A stretch of 64,000 nucleotides of DNA from Hormiphora californensis (GCA_020137815.1 CM035357.1:4030001-4094000); one strand, 5' to 3'. Counted from the stretch's first letter, positions 39,773 through 53,518 are shown. The notes: a model not told the origin generated them from the letters alone. Made by a program: numbers and translations.

Positions 39773-40433
39773 TTAGGAGCGAAGTTCTACTCACCTGCCA
39801 AAAAAATACTAAAATGGCTCTAACCACCAAACCACTCAACCGTTTCGTCTAATTCAATGTTCATCTGAAAGGAAACCTCAAGCCGAACTCCAGCACTACC
39901 ACCAAATACTAACTCTACTTAATCAGCCCTAAGCACTAGCACTAAAAAACCGTGAGTACTGACAGATTTTTTAGCGTTTCCTGTCGTTTTGGGCAAGAAT
40001 CACGATTTTTTAATTTGTTTCGTGGAAATAAAGACCGCGCGCCCTAAAGTTTTAGCGTCGTTTAATGCAATTTTTACGCGTGTTACAACAAAATGCGCAT
40101 TGCAATGCCACATGCACATTAAAAAATCGCGGCCCGACAAAATAAAAAATTTACGAACCGAGCTGGGATTTCTGATTTCAAAATATTTTATGTTCGATTT
40201 TTGCATATATTCCGCACTCTTCGGCTCCGTCTCTACTGACTACTCTCTCAAACTTCTTAAGACCGAGATTTCATTTAAAGTCCATTTTTTTTCAACTGTT
40301 CACCCAAAAACTGAAATTTGATAAAAATTAGAATTTGGGTGGCGCGCGCTATACGTTAACATGTGATAAACGCGCAAAACAATTCCGCGCACGACTTTGG
40401 GGGGTGAACAGTTGAAAAAAAATGGAGTATATC

Positions 40434-40587
40434 TATGAGGCCCCTCGGAAATGTTCAAGTCATGCACAATCAAGTCACGCCCACCAATCACAGCGCAGAA
40501 CGCGCGAAGCACTCCGCGCGTTCTGAGCTGTGATTGGTGGGCGTGACTTGATTGTGCATGACTTGAACATTTCCGAGGGGCCTCATA
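40434..40587. repeat. Near-perfect 154-bp palindrome (MITE-like) just upstream of the gene cluster
   Basis: tatgaggcccctcggaaatgttcaag... mirrored. Each arm carries CCAATCA and GGGCGTGAC. A smaller inverted repeat is adjacent at 40281-40426. Confidence 0.8.
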
Positions 40588-40658
40588 AAAAGCCCAGCTG
40601 ATGCTAGAACATATTTTGACACTATTTTTTATGCTAAAAACATCTACAACAACTCAGA

Positions 40659-42597
40659 ATGTTGCGTAGCAGAGTGCCGGGTATTTCCCGCTGGTTAGCA
40701 AGGAGCTTGAGTGTCAGGCACCAATCTTCAGATACCGTGAGAATCGGTTGCTACTCTGGATTCTGGGGTGATTCGTGTACATTTGCCGCCAAACAACTCA
40801 CCAGCAAAGGAGATATTGATTTCCTGGTCGGAGATTATCTTGCTGAGGTAATACTTAAATGAATGAATACTTTTATTATCACTGTTCATTAACTAAAACT
40901 CATTTAGTCTTCTGGGTTTAAATCTTGATCTTTGCTAAAAACAATCAATTAATTTCAGGTGACGATGTCCCTTGCTTTCACGAATCAAAATGAAGTTTCC
41001 TCATCTCGGATTTTGTCCCGATTTCTTCATGCATCTCGGCCCAGTTGGACCGAACATCATGAAAAGTGCAGCCAAAGGAAAGAAAATTCGTGTTGTTGTC
41101 AATGCAGGGGGATTGAATCCTGATGGATGTGCCAAGCGGTTGAATGAGCTGTTAAAAGATCTCGGAATGGATCTAAACGTGGCCTCTGTGTCCGGTGACA
41201 ACTTGATGGGCACTGGATTCCAAGGTCCCAAGGACATCAAATACAATACTATGAACTGCTATCTGGGTGCTGAGCCGATTGCCCGGGCCCTTGACCAGGG
41301 TGCAGATATTGTTCGTCACTGGTCGTTGTGTTGACTCGGCCCTTGTGTTGGGGCCACTCATCCACAAATTCGGGTGGTCCATGGATGATTTCGATAAGTT
41401 AGCCCAGGGTTCTCTCGCTGGACATTTGGTGGAATGTGGTGCTCAGTGCACGGGAGGTAATTTTACCGACTGGCACAAAGTACCTGATTTCAGTAATATC
41501 GGATTCCCTATTGTTGAAGTTGGGGCAGATTCAACGTTTACAGTTACCTAAACCACCCGAAAACGGGAGGACTTGTTAACTTTGGTACCGTCACGGAACA
41601 GATGTTGTACGAGATCGGTGATCCGCGGTGTTACGCTCTTCCCGATGTGATTTGTGATTTCACCGATGTCCAAGTTAGTGAAGTTGGAGATAACGAGGTA
41701 GAGGTGAAGGGAGCTCGAGGGATCGCCCCTTCGCCACACTACAAGGTCAGTGCAACTACGGTTGATGGGTATAAAGCAACCACAATGGCGCCCATGATTG
41801 GACCTCGAGCCGCTGTGAAAGGCCAGCTTAACGCCTCAAGTACCATTGAAAGGTGCAGAAAGAGGTTTTTAGAAAGTGGAATGGGGGATTTCGGTAGGGT
41901 GAATATCGAGTGCTTAGGAAGTGAAAGTAACTACGGAAAAGATCCCCAAACCAGTGATGTGAAAGAAGTTGTTGTGTGGACTAGTGTGGAGCACAAGAAG
42001 AAGGAGGCTCTTCAGGAGTGGGCTAAAGAGATAGCAGGAGCGGGTACTGGTGGTGCTCCTGGGTTTACAACCCTGGTCGGTGGTCTACCTAAACCTGCCC
42101 CTATCATCCGATACGTGCCCTTTATGCATCCTAAATCTGATGTCAAGATCACGATTAATGGCGAGGAATTCGAAGGGACGGCCGGTATTTCGGCCGATAC
42201 GCCAGTTTTTGATGTCCCTGACCAAGTGCAACCGGCGCCCCAACCCGAGGGATCCCACTCGTATCGGCTGGAGGAGCTTGCATACACTCGATCCGGTGAT
42301 AAGGGTGACACAGCCAATCTGGGAGTGATTTGCAGGGATCCTTCTCTGTATTCTGTCATAGATGAACGGATTAGTGCGGAGGAGGTGAGAAAATATTTCA
42401 GCTACCTTGGGCCGGAATTGAAAGTTACAAAGTACACCCTACCGGGAAGCTCTTCTTTTAATTTCCTTATGGAAAATGCCCTTGGTGGTGGAGGTATCGC
42501 ATCGATCAGAAGTGATCCCCAGGGTAAGGCTATCGGACAAATTTTTACCGATTTTTTAGTCGAGGGGGTGAAAGATAAGTCTGAATATGGACTTTAA
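40659..42597 (+). CDS. AtuA/DUF1446 (acyclic terpene utilisation A)-family protein with probable mitochondrial presequence; several frameshifts in this sequence
   Basis: Exon 40659-40847, intron, exon 40959-42597. Motifs [73 protein letters not shown]. Single-base indels near 40971, 41314 and 41549-41570. Confidence 0.88.
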
Positions 42598-42941
42598 AAA
42601 GTTGGCGTTTACTTCGCCATCGTTTCAAGGTGGTAATTAATCAGTGCAGATATATTATCAGGTGGATATTTTGTGTGTTTTTGATCGTTCGTTTTATCTA
42701 ATTTATTACTTGTAAACATTTGATAATCAATGCAGTTTTTCTCTAACTATCCAATATCCATCAAACCCTTGATCGTAGCTTCCTAAGTAATTTGACCAGA
42801 AATTGTGCAGAGTATATAATATAGCCATTAAGGGACTAAACGAATAAACTTTCCCCACGTTCTGAGTAATACACTAAAAGGTCAAAACTTTTAATGTAAT
42901 AAAAGCTCTAACCTTCATGTACTATTTACTGTAGCAGGAAG

Positions 42942-45900
42942 ATGCATATTCGGTGCGCTACCACATCCGATCTGATCAATATGCAGCATTGCAACTTGTT
43001 GTGCCTTCCAGAGAACTACCAAATGAAGTAAGAACAGAGCTGTTTATAACGCATCACACGCCCTGTTGTGTTATAAATCTTTTGTTAGAAATGGTATCTT
43101 TTAGATGCATTATAAGAAGAAGATGCATTATAAGTATTTTGTTACGTTAGAAATGGTATCTTTTAGTTGCATCAGCGACGAATTATAAACGTTAGTGTGG
43201 TGTTAATTATTGTCTCTATTTCTAACTTTCCTCTTTTTTCTAGGTACTACTTTTACCACGGGCTGAGTTGGCCTCAACTCAGCTTTGTAGCTGTAGACGA
43301 AAAGGAGAAGATCTGTGGGTATGTCCTCGCGAAAATGGAAGAGGAGCCGGATGAGGTGAGTACCGCTGGGGAAGGGGATACTTGCTGTGGGGAGTTGTTG
43401 TGGGGAGTTGCTTTGGGGAGTTGGGATATGGAGTTGTTGTGGGGAGTTGCTTGTGGGGTGGGATAGGGATATGGATTTGTTGTGGGGAGTTGCTTGTGGG
43501 GTGGGATAGGGATATGGAGTTGTTGTTGGGAGTTGCTTTGGGGAGTTGGGATATGGAGTTGTTGTGGGGAGTTGCTTGTGGGGTGGGATAGGGATATGGA
43601 TTTGTTGTGGGGAGTTGCTTGTGGGGTGGGATAGGGATATGGAGTTGTTGTTGGGAGTTGCTTTGGGGAGTTGGGATATGGAGTTGTTGTTGGGAGTTGC
43701 TTTGGGGAGTTGGGATATGGAGTTGTTGTGGGGAGTTGCTTTGGGGGAGAGGATATGGAGTTGTTGTAGGGAAGTTGTTGTGAGGATGAAAGTTTTCCTA
43801 TATCCGGTATATATATCCGGTATATATCCGGTATATAAATCCATTTTGTTGTTGTTGTTGTTGTTATGAGAAGGCGACAGCAAACTAGGGGAAGGCGGTA
43901 GCCGGTAGGTATCTGGAAAATGTGGGTGTGGGGGGGGGGGCGCGTGAATTTAATATCCATGTCCTAAATAAACACGTCTGACTTTAATGTCCCTGGGACA
44001 TTAAAGGACATTAAAAGACATTAAAAGACATTAAAGGACATTTAATTAAAACATGAATTTTCAGCTATTATTAAACTAAGTGGTGTTTTCAAACACTTAA
44101 TATTTACTCCTAATGTCCCCTCTATCGATTCCAACCAATACCATAGATGTTGGGGGTGATTAAGCCTCATTTTTGGGTGGCCCGGTACCTCTAAGCGAAC
44201 CCTGGAAATTTTAAAGTTTTGGACTAAATGTCAAGGTTTTGAAGTGAAAATAGCCCCGATTTTGATGAAACTCAGTCAGAATGGTCTTTGGTGTCTAATT
44301 AGAAGTCAAAAATTTTTTGAGTGCTCAAATCCTAAATTTAGGTTTTTTTAGGTTTTTTAGGTTTTTTGGCTTTTATATGCGTTTCAGGAACGTCCTAGAA
44401 CAAAATAAATAGAATAATCTTTCTCGGCGTGAAATTCTGCTTCGATTATAGTGGCTATAAACCTTTCTATGACGTAGTCGTAAGATTCAGAAGTTATCCC
44501 AAAAAAACCAAACGGGTATGCTTCATTTGGTAAGGTTTTTAGGTTTTATTCGTTACACAGACATCGCAGATCAAAATGGTTTTCACTAAAATGATTTCCT
44601 CATCAATACACGTCGATTGAGTACCTATAACATGGTGTTCTGACAAGAGGTTCGCCCCTTAGCCTAAAACATATATCCGCCCCTATAACATGTACCCGTT
44701 TGGGATAACCTTACGTCATAGAAAGGTTTATAGCCACTAAAATCGATGCAGAATTTCACGCTGAGAAAGATGGTTCTATTCATTTTGTTCTAGGACGTTC
44801 CTGAAACCCATAAAAACCAAAAAACCTAAAAACCCTAAAAATTGTAAGTTTAGGATTTGAGCACTAAATTTTTTTTGACACCAAACACTATTCTGACCAA
44901 GTTTCATCAAAATCGGGGCTGTTCTCTCTCACTTTTCTACTCGTTTCATAAGATGATTTTGAGATATCGTCTAGGCTAGAAATATGCATGTAAAAAAAGG
45001 TTCCGCACCCACGCAAAAGCAAGCCTAATCACCAGTGAACATTTATGAACATTCATTGGAATCGAAAGATGGGACCTTTAGTAGTACATTGGTGGTAAAC
45101 ATGTTTGGTAACACATTTTGAAATTGTTTTGAAGTTATAATTTAATGTCTTTTAATGTCTTATAATGTCCTTTAATGTCTTTTAATGTCCCAAATAACCT
45201 CGGGCAATTTAATGTCCCAAAAATCGAGGGACATTAAAGGACATTTTAATACGCGCCCCCCCCCCCCCCCGTGTGTGGTTTATTTAAATGCATATTGCAT
45301 TCAAATGTCAATAGCTAATATAGAAGGTATTGAGTTTTATATCGACAAGTTTCTTAGGTCTAGGGGGTAGAAGGTATTGAGTTTTATATCGACAAGTTTC
45401 TTAGTTTCTTAGTTCTAGGGGGTACAATACGACTCACGCAGCAATCATCATCTCACTGATGAGTTACGATTGATAATAAATTTAGCTTAGGGTAAACCGG
45501 GGCAAAATGGTTAACTTTTTACTTAATCGGTTCTCACTCCCATTTAAAAAAAGATACAATGAAAAAAATTATATAGGATTAAAGTTCATTATTTTATCTT
45601 TCAAATAAGATAAATTTCAACTCTAGGGACCATCATTTACTTAACTAAATAACTAATTTAAAAATTTTGGTCGGAAAAAATGGTACCGGGGCAATTCGGA
45701 CAACACCAATAGGAGTGCTTTATTTCGTCACGTGGGAGTCACGTGAACGTCCTCACAACACCAGAAGAAGATTCCCGCCTGGTGTTGTTAGAGGTGGGGG
45801 CAATTCGAACAATGTAATCTACACGCAATCTACACGCTGGTCGTTCTTGCTCGAATTGCCCCGGTATCACGCGTGATCACGTGGTACAAAGAACTGCACA

Positions 45901-48900
45901 TCATTGGCCCGGGAGTTAACCAAATTGCCCCGGTGTGTTAACCAAATTGCCCATGTTCGAATTGCCCCGGTTGTTCGAATTGCCCCGGTAATCTTAATTT
46001 ACCAGAATTTGGAATGAAAACATGCGAATATTTAAATAATTTTTATACCATCTGAAAGCTGATATTATTAGCTTTCAGCTGGTTTTTTAAAATCGGAAAT
46101 TGACCAACTTAAACCGGATCTAGAGCCTATTTAGTGGTAACGGGCAGGCTCGAACGAGCAGTTTTCTTCTGGAGATAGGATGACGTCATTATGATAGCTT
46201 AACTAGGTGAGAGACGGGCAGTACTATGTTCGAATTGCCCCGGTTGTTCGAATTGCCCCGGTTTACCCTACAACCAGTATAAGAGTGTGTTTTAGCCTTA
46301 TAGCTACTTTTTTTTTCTTTTTTTTTTTAAATAATTTTAAATGAGTTTTTTTAAGACGTAAGCACTCGCGCCATAGGCTGCTAAACTATTAGTAAGAGTC
46401 AGTCGGGTATTTATTTAATGTGCAATTTGTACGTTTATATAATATCTTTTTCAAATCAAATCAAATCATCTTATTACTTTTCTTTGTAGACCCAATCTTC
46501 TCTCTGCCTCCCTTTTTTTCTACCCTCCTTGCCCCCCCCCCCAATATATTCTCTGATTTACATCCTTCACCAGGTGCCCCATGGACACATCACCTCCTTG
46601 GCTGTGAAACGATCCCATCGGCGCCTTGGTCTCGCAAAGAAACTCATGGACCAGGCATCCCGAGCCATGGCTGAGAGTTTCAGTGCTAAATACGTGTCTT
46701 TGCACGTGCGGATCAGTAACCGTGCTGCCCTGTCCCTTTACACGCACGTGCTAAAGTTTCAAATTGACGATGTTGAGCCCAAGGTGGGTACTGCAACTGG
46801 GTGTTTGTAAAAGATGAGTTTTTGTAGAGGGGAACCAGTTTATTAGTTTCGAAATATATCTCCATTATATATGCTTTTCATGCTCTCAACCAGTCCATAT
46901 GACAAGGCACATGTATTACTGCTACTCAGAACTCCAAAACCAATAATTCCCCTACTACAGTACTACGCGGACGGAGAGGATGCCTACGCCATGAAGAAGC
47001 ATCTAAATCACCTGACAGAGGAGACGGAAGACACTCGAAACTTTATCAATAGTCTGGGAATGGATTCCATTGAACCTACCTCCAATGGACATCAGGTCAG
47101 TGGCTTGTTTTGTTCAAATCCTTTTTTTATTGTTTACTTTAGCGTCATCCTCTTTGATGCCTACTTCACTGGTAAACACCTACAAGGTGAGGATTTTGAC
47201 GATGTTCACCTCGACGGAATAACTGAGGATTATGCTCGTTTGAAGAACGAGATAGAGGATGACGATCATCACGACCCGGAGGATCAACTCAATCGCCCAG
47301 TAGCCGCCGACGAAGTATCAGCAGCCATCAGCTCTATGAAAGCGAGTGGTAAAGCCTGGGACGGAGATGGTATCCACCCAACCATGCTGAAACACCTTCG
47401 CCACAGAACTGTGTAGTACTTGGCCGATATGTTTTCGAGATGCCTAAAGCTGGGTCGATGGCTGTGGAACTCTTCCTACGTTACATTCATCCAGAAACCT
47501 GGAAAGTCGTCCTATGTAAAACCAGGTTCCTTCCGACCCATCACAATATCATCGTACATCGGAAAGATGCTTGAAAGGGTTATGGACAAAAGAATTAAAG
47601 ATCTTTGCGCCATGGAATCAATACCAGATGAGGAACAAGAGGGCTTCCTACCGGCACGAAACACCACTCGCTATCTCTTCAAGCTGCTATCGACCGTTCA
47701 TGAAACACGCAGAAGAAAGCTGACAGCCTTTCTGTTGTGTATAGATTTCCAAAAAGCTTTTGACTCAGTTCCCCATGAATGTTTGATTGTGAAGCTCCAT
47801 AAACTTGGAATCAATGGAATGCTGTTGAACCTTATCGACAACATGCTTTCACAAAGAAGTGTTCGTTTGAAGATCAATGGAGTTCTTGGCCCACTCCGTA
47901 GGTGTGGAAGAGTAGGCCTTCCCCAGGGGGCAGTCCTCTCTCCAATCCTATTCATTCTCTACATCTCTGACTTACTCTGCACCAAAAATCTGCCGGAGGA
48001 GGTGAGATGTAGGACTGAAGCATTCAAGTTCGCCGACGACGGATCTGTGTTGGTTTTTGGAGACCAGACTCAATGCGAGAGAACTATGGCAATAGTTTTG
48101 GACTACATTCACAACTGGTGTCGGAAGTGGAGAATAGCGGTGAACTGTGATAGAAATAAAACAGAGATTGTCATCATCAGACCAAGGGGTTCATCAGATG
48201 ATAGTGCATCACCTCAGCAACTGAAGATTGGAAATAAAGTTGTCTCTTTTGCCAAGAATAGTAAAGTCCTTGGGGTTTACATTGATAGTAACCTAAATTT
48301 CATGACTCATGCTGCTGATGTACTGAAAAGATGCTGGTTTAACTGGAACACATTAACCTCAATGACTGGTCGACTGACAGGGATTAACAGTTCGGGGCTT
48401 TCGCTACTATTCAGAACAGTAATCTTGACAAAGATCCTTTATGCAGCACCAGTTTGGTTAAGACAGCGAACGGACTTCTTCGGAGATCTTCTTTCCCGAG
48501 CACGGCTGAAGATAACAGGGGGACAAGTTCACATAGCCAAACCTCTGTCAGAACTCCTAGCATGCGTGCCTCCTATTGACGTTCTTGTGGAAACAGTGGT
48601 AACCAAATTTGTCCTAAAAGGCCTTGCAGCTAAAGATAATATATCAGCTAAACTACTACAAATTGAAGCGGAACAAAATCATGTGTTCTTCTGGCAGATT
48701 GCTGCTACCAAAAGATATTTGGTTTGGAAGTCGACTCAACTAGACGGTGTCCAGATCCAGGATTCTAACAGAGATTCAATCAGAACTATTAACTTGGGAA
48801 GTTTAGAGCCGGACACTTTCCTGTACTCAAAAGAGGAAATGAGACAGTACACATGTAGTTTATGGGACCGGTCACTCAAATCATCGATTAACCATTTGAC

Positions 48901-49951
48901 TCGAGATGACCCTTTCAGCATACTTCCTATTCACTCTCAAGAAGAACTCGCCAACCTTATCAACTCAGAGGCCACTTTGGATTTCCCCATAATTCCAAGA
49001 AACATGTCCCGACAGAACTCATCTCAGGTCTTAGACTTTGTACATGGCAGATCCTTACGTTTTCAAGACTTCAGCTTCAGTTACCTGAGATACGAGCGAT
49101 CACTTACAGTTCCCAATTGTCTTGAATGTGGCCAACTCCCAGATTCAACATTCCACAAGTTGTTTGAATGTTCTGCGATAAAAGATGTGGAAGGGCCCCG
49201 TGAGGAACTAAGGGTGATATCTTCTTATGAAATGAACTTCCATCTTCCACTAATTTTCTCCAAAGACAAGCAGGTAAAATCGAACTTTAGAAAGCTAGTA
49301 AGAGCTGTAATAGAACAATCTTTATTTGGGGATCAACTGCTTGTGTAATGGGTTTATATTCTAATCAATTGTAAATGTATAACTGACCAGCCCGAGACGT
49401 ACACACTGTGTACGAATCGCACTCCACGGAGTGAATTTTTAACTAACTTATTTAATCAATTTACAATATATTTTAATCATTATCTAATCAGTATTTTAAT
49501 CGACATTTTATATTTTTTTGTATGATCTGACAGCTGAGAAAGTGTGAAAGAGACCTAGAGAGTTCCATTTTCCTCGCAAATAGGAGGGCAATATTGACAG
49601 TGTCAAATTATTGTAAACAGATTTAATAATAATAATAATAGCGTGGGGAGAGGCAAAGCATTGATTTCGATGTTTTCAAATTTCAAATAATTAACATTCC
49701 TTCTATTGAAGATGCTGCGAGCAGATAGATTACCGCTGTTGACGCAACTTTTATTTAACAGAGCTGCAGAGGCCAGCGATGCATTGTTTATAATTTTTTC
49801 GCTGCATTGACGCATGAACGAGCCGTTAAAAACTGTTTCTTTTTAGGAAGAAGTTGACGTGGAAGAACAACTAGAAAAGTTGAACCTAACGGACGTTGAT
49901 CCTAACATTTGTGATCCGGTGGTTGTCACGGGGACAGAAGAATTGGAGTAG
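42942..49951 (+). CDS. NAA10: N-alpha-acetyltransferase 10 (NatA catalytic subunit)
   Basis: Exons 42942-43027, 43244-43355, 46574-46783, 46961-47095, 49847-49951 (last exon less certain). MHIRCA...[29 protein letters not shown]...[19 protein letters not shown]...[11 protein letters not shown]. Confidence 0.95.
43380..43782. repeat. G/T-rich minisatellite (~39-41-bp units) near the start of NAA10 intron 2
   Basis: Repeated ggagttgttgtggggagttgct...gggatat. Confidence 0.85.
43930..45270. mobile_element. Oligo-G / oligo-C-ended foldback element with GACATTAAA subrepeats
   Basis: (G)n cgcgt ... acgcg (C)n. Inverted internal modules at 44243-44462 and 44727-44932. Confidence 0.7.
45488..46270. 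mobile_element. MITE with TAGGGTAAACCGGGGCAA TIRs
   Basis: TIRs at both ends and many internal aattgccccgg motifs. Confidence 0.75.
47146..49640 (+). mobile_element. 5'-truncated non-LTR retrotransposon with RT domain, in NAA10 intron 4
   Basis: RT motifs [36 protein letters not shown]-terminal CxxC...H...C zinc knuckle. In-frame stop at 47414-47416. (AAT)n tail and a probable TSD tagcgt. Confidence 0.92.
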
Positions 49952-50106
49952 ACAATCTTTTAACACGTGTAATCTTTTACCCAATTACGTCACGAGTGTG
50001 TAACCATGGTTACGCACAATTCAACTCCCCCTTTGACACCCCGAATTCACCACGTCAGGATCAGGAAGATCCCTGAAATATCCCGATAGAAAGAGAGAGT
50101 GATGAA

Positions 50107-50704
50107 TTTTTTCCCTGCCCGGGTGGATGCCCGAAGGGCATCCACCCGGATGATCGTTTTAGCACGTGTGCTAAAAAGATCATAAAGGGTTTAGAAATCT
50201 CGGATTTGAAATAGTAACTCGAGCGTGGTCAAAATCGCGTGTGTCACGGTAGCAGCCTGACAACCGCGATGCTGACAATTTTGAAAAGTTCGTCCGCAAA
50301 GTTATTTCACTACGGATTGTGGTGGTGCGCGCTCAAAATTTGCTGCGCGCGGCGCTCTCAATGCAGCGTTGTTGGTCTCACACCTCGCGCGTTACAGCAT
50401 GGCGCCGCTACTAGCGCTCGAATGGATTTAACTTCTTAATCAATCTGATCGAAACTAAAAGCTCAGCTCGTTAGTATGGTGACTGACGGAACGTGAGAAG
50501 TTCCCATGCATAGCTTAGTGTCACATAACATTGTAATTAGGCGTTGGCGTCGCGACGATCAGATCACATTGCACGGTATCATCTAGTGTGGGCGGCGCTC
50601 AGAGATCTCATCGCAGATCGCTTATCAGTGAATGTGATCGGTTTGAGTATTCGTTGGCAGGGAAACACAGCATTATGAAACATAATGCAATAATAATTCT
50701 TGTT
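50107..50704 (+). mobile_element. Helentron-associated non-autonomous element (HINE-like), related to 26077-26455
   Basis: subTIR tttccctgcc / ggcagggaaa, 5' hairpin gggtggatgcccgaagggcatccaccc, same 3' hairpin gcattatgaaacataatgc. Confidence 0.65.
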
Positions 50705-50869
50705 GGTGGTAGAGATCAGTCCGTCTGTTTGGTGTTCTATAAATTGAGTAATTTATTTGTATACGACGTCTTCTTACATAACTCACAACAACACTCAGCT
50801 GAGCTTGATTTTGTTATATTCCCCCCAATCTTCCTTTTCTATCATGTCCCCTTTCCAAACTATCCCCCA

Positions 50870-53518
50870 CCTCTAGCTAAATGTTATAAAGTTTCACCCC
50901 TCCCTCTAGCTAAATGTTACAGTATTTCACCCCCTCCCTCTAGCTAAATGTTACAATGTTTCACCCCTTCATCTAGCTAAATGTTACAATGTTTCACCCC
51001 TCCCTCTAGCTAAATGTTTTAGTGTTTCACGCCCTCCCTCTAGCTAAATGTTTCAATGTTTCACCCCCTCCCTCTACCTAAATGTTACAGTGTTTCACCC
51101 CTCCCTCTAGCTAAATGTTTCAATGTTTCACCCCCTCCCTCTAGCTAAATGTTTTAGTATTTTACCCCTCCCTCTAGCTAAATGTTACAGTGTTTCACCC
51201 CTCCCTCTAGCTAAATGTTACAGTATTTTACCCCTCCCTCTAGCTAAATGTTTCAATGTTTCACCCCCTCACTCTAGCTAAATGTTTTAGTGTTTCACGC
51301 CCTCCCTCTAGCTAAATGTTTCAATGTTTCACCCCCTCCCTCTAGCTAAATGTTACAGTGTTTTACCCCTCCCTCCCCTCTAGCTAGATGTTACAATGTT
51401 TCACCCCCTCCCTCTAGCTAAATGTTACAGTGTTTCACCCCTCCCTCTAGCTAAATGTTTCAATGTTTCACCCCTCCCTCTAGCTAAATGTTACAGTATT
51501 TTACCCCTCCCTCTAGCTAAATGTTTTAGTGTTTCACGCCCTCCCTCTAGCTAAATGTTTTAGTGTTTCACCCCCTCCCTCTAGCTAAATGTTTTAGTGT
51601 TTCACACCCTCCCTCTAGCTAAATGTTACAACGTTTCACGCCCTCCCTCTAGCTAAATGTTACAGTGTTTCACCCCCCCCCCCCTCTAGCTAAATGTTTC
51701 AATGTTTCACCCCTCCCTCTAGCTAAATGTTACAGTATTTTACCCCTCCCTCTAGCTAAATGTTACAATGTTTCACCCCTTCATCTAGCTAAATGTTACA
51801 ATGTTTCACCCCTCCCTCTAGCTAAATGTTTTAGTGTTTCACGCCCTCCCTCTAGCTAAATGTTTCAATGTTTCACCCCCTCCCTCTACCTAAATGTTAC
51901 AGTGTTTCACCCCTCCCTCTAGCTAAATGTTACAATGTTTCACCCCTCCCTCTAGCTAAATGTTTCAATGTTTCACCCCCTCCCTCTAGCTAAATGTTTC
52001 AATGTTTCACCCCCTCACTCTAGCTAAATGTTTTAGTGTTTCACGCCCTCCCTCTAGCTAAATGTTACAGTGTTTCACCCCTCCCTCTAGCTAAATGTTA
52101 CAGTATTTCACGCCCTCCCTCTACCTAAATGTTACAGTGTTTCACCCCTCCCTCTAGCTAAATGTTACAGTGTTTCACCCCCTCCCTCTACCTAAATGTT
52201 ACAGTGTTTCACCCCTCCCTCTAGCTAAATGTTTCAATGTTTCACCCCCTCCCTCTAGCTAAATGTTACAGTGTTTCACCCCTCCCTCTAGCTAAATGTT
52301 TCAATGTTTCACCCCCTCACTCTAGCTAAATGTTTTAGTGTTTCACGCCCTCCCTCTAGCTAAATGTTTTAGTGTTTCACGCCCTCCCTCTAGCTAAATG
52401 TTACAATGTTTCACCCCTTCATCTAGCTAAATGTTACAGTGTTTCACACCCTCCCTCTAGCTAAATGTTACAGTGTTTCACCCCTCCCTCTAGCTAAATG
52501 TTACAATGTTTCACCCCTCCCTCTAGCTAAATGTTTCAATGTTTCACCCCCTCACTCTAGCTAAATGTTTCAATGTTTCACCCCCTCACTCTAGCTAAAT
52601 GTTTTAGTGTTTCACGCCCTCCCTCTAGCTAAATGTTACAGTGTTTCACGCCCTCCCTCTAGCTAAATGTTTTAGTGTTTCACGCCCTCCCTCTAGCTAA
52701 ATGTTACAGTGTTTCACCCCTCCCTCTAGCTAAATGTTACAGTGTTTCACCCCTCCCTCTAGCTAAATGTTTCAATGTTTCACCCCTCCCTCTAGCTAAA
52801 TGTTACAGTGTTTCACCCCCTCCCTCTAGCTAAATGTTACAGTATTTCACCCCTCCCTCTAGCTAAATGTTTCAATGTTTCACCCCTCCATCTAGCTAAA
52901 TGTTACAGTGTTTCACCCCCTCGCCCTAGCTAAATGTTACAGTGTTTCACCCCTCCCTCTAGCTAAATGTTACAGTGTTTCACCCCTTCATCTAGCTAAA
53001 TGTTTCAATGTTTCACCCCTCCCTCTAGCTAAATGTTACAGTGTTTCACCCCTCCCTCTAGCTAAATGTTTCAATGTTTCACCCCCTCCCTCTAGCTAAA
53101 TGTTACAGTATTTTACCCCTCCCTCTAGCTAAATGTTTCAATGTTTCACCCCCTCACTCTAGCTAAATGTTTTAGTGTTTCACGCCCTCCCTCTAGCTAA
53201 ATGTTTTAGTGTTTCACGCCCTCCCTCTAGCTAAATGTTACAATGTTTCACCCCTTCATCTAGCTAAATGTTACAGTGTTTCACACCCTCCCTCTAGCTA
53301 AATGTTACAGTGTTTCACCCCTCCCTCTAGCTAAATGTTACAATGTTTCACCCCTCCCTCTAGCTAAATGTTACAGTGTTTCACGCCCTCCCTCTAGCTA
53401 AATGTTACAATGTTTCACCCCTTCATCTAGCTAAATGTTACAATGTTTCACGCCCTCCCTCTACAGTCTACCTAAATGTTACAGTGTTTCACCCCCTCCA
53501 TCTAGCTAAATGTTACAA
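50870..53518 (+). repeat. 33/34-bp minisatellite (~79 copies) whose last unit is the ANAPC4 acceptor and start codon
   Basis: Consensus CCCTCCCTCTAGCTAAATGTTACAGTGTTTCAC. The final unit runs into ATG TTA CAA GTT GAA. Confidence 0.95.

Noticed and set aside
46871-47416. 181-aa ORF as a single gene
   Set aside because: Chimera of intron sequence, NAA10 exon 4 and the 5' part of the LINE.
50870-53518. CRISPR-like array
   Set aside because: Units are contiguous with no unique spacers, there are no cas genes, and the context is eukaryotic.
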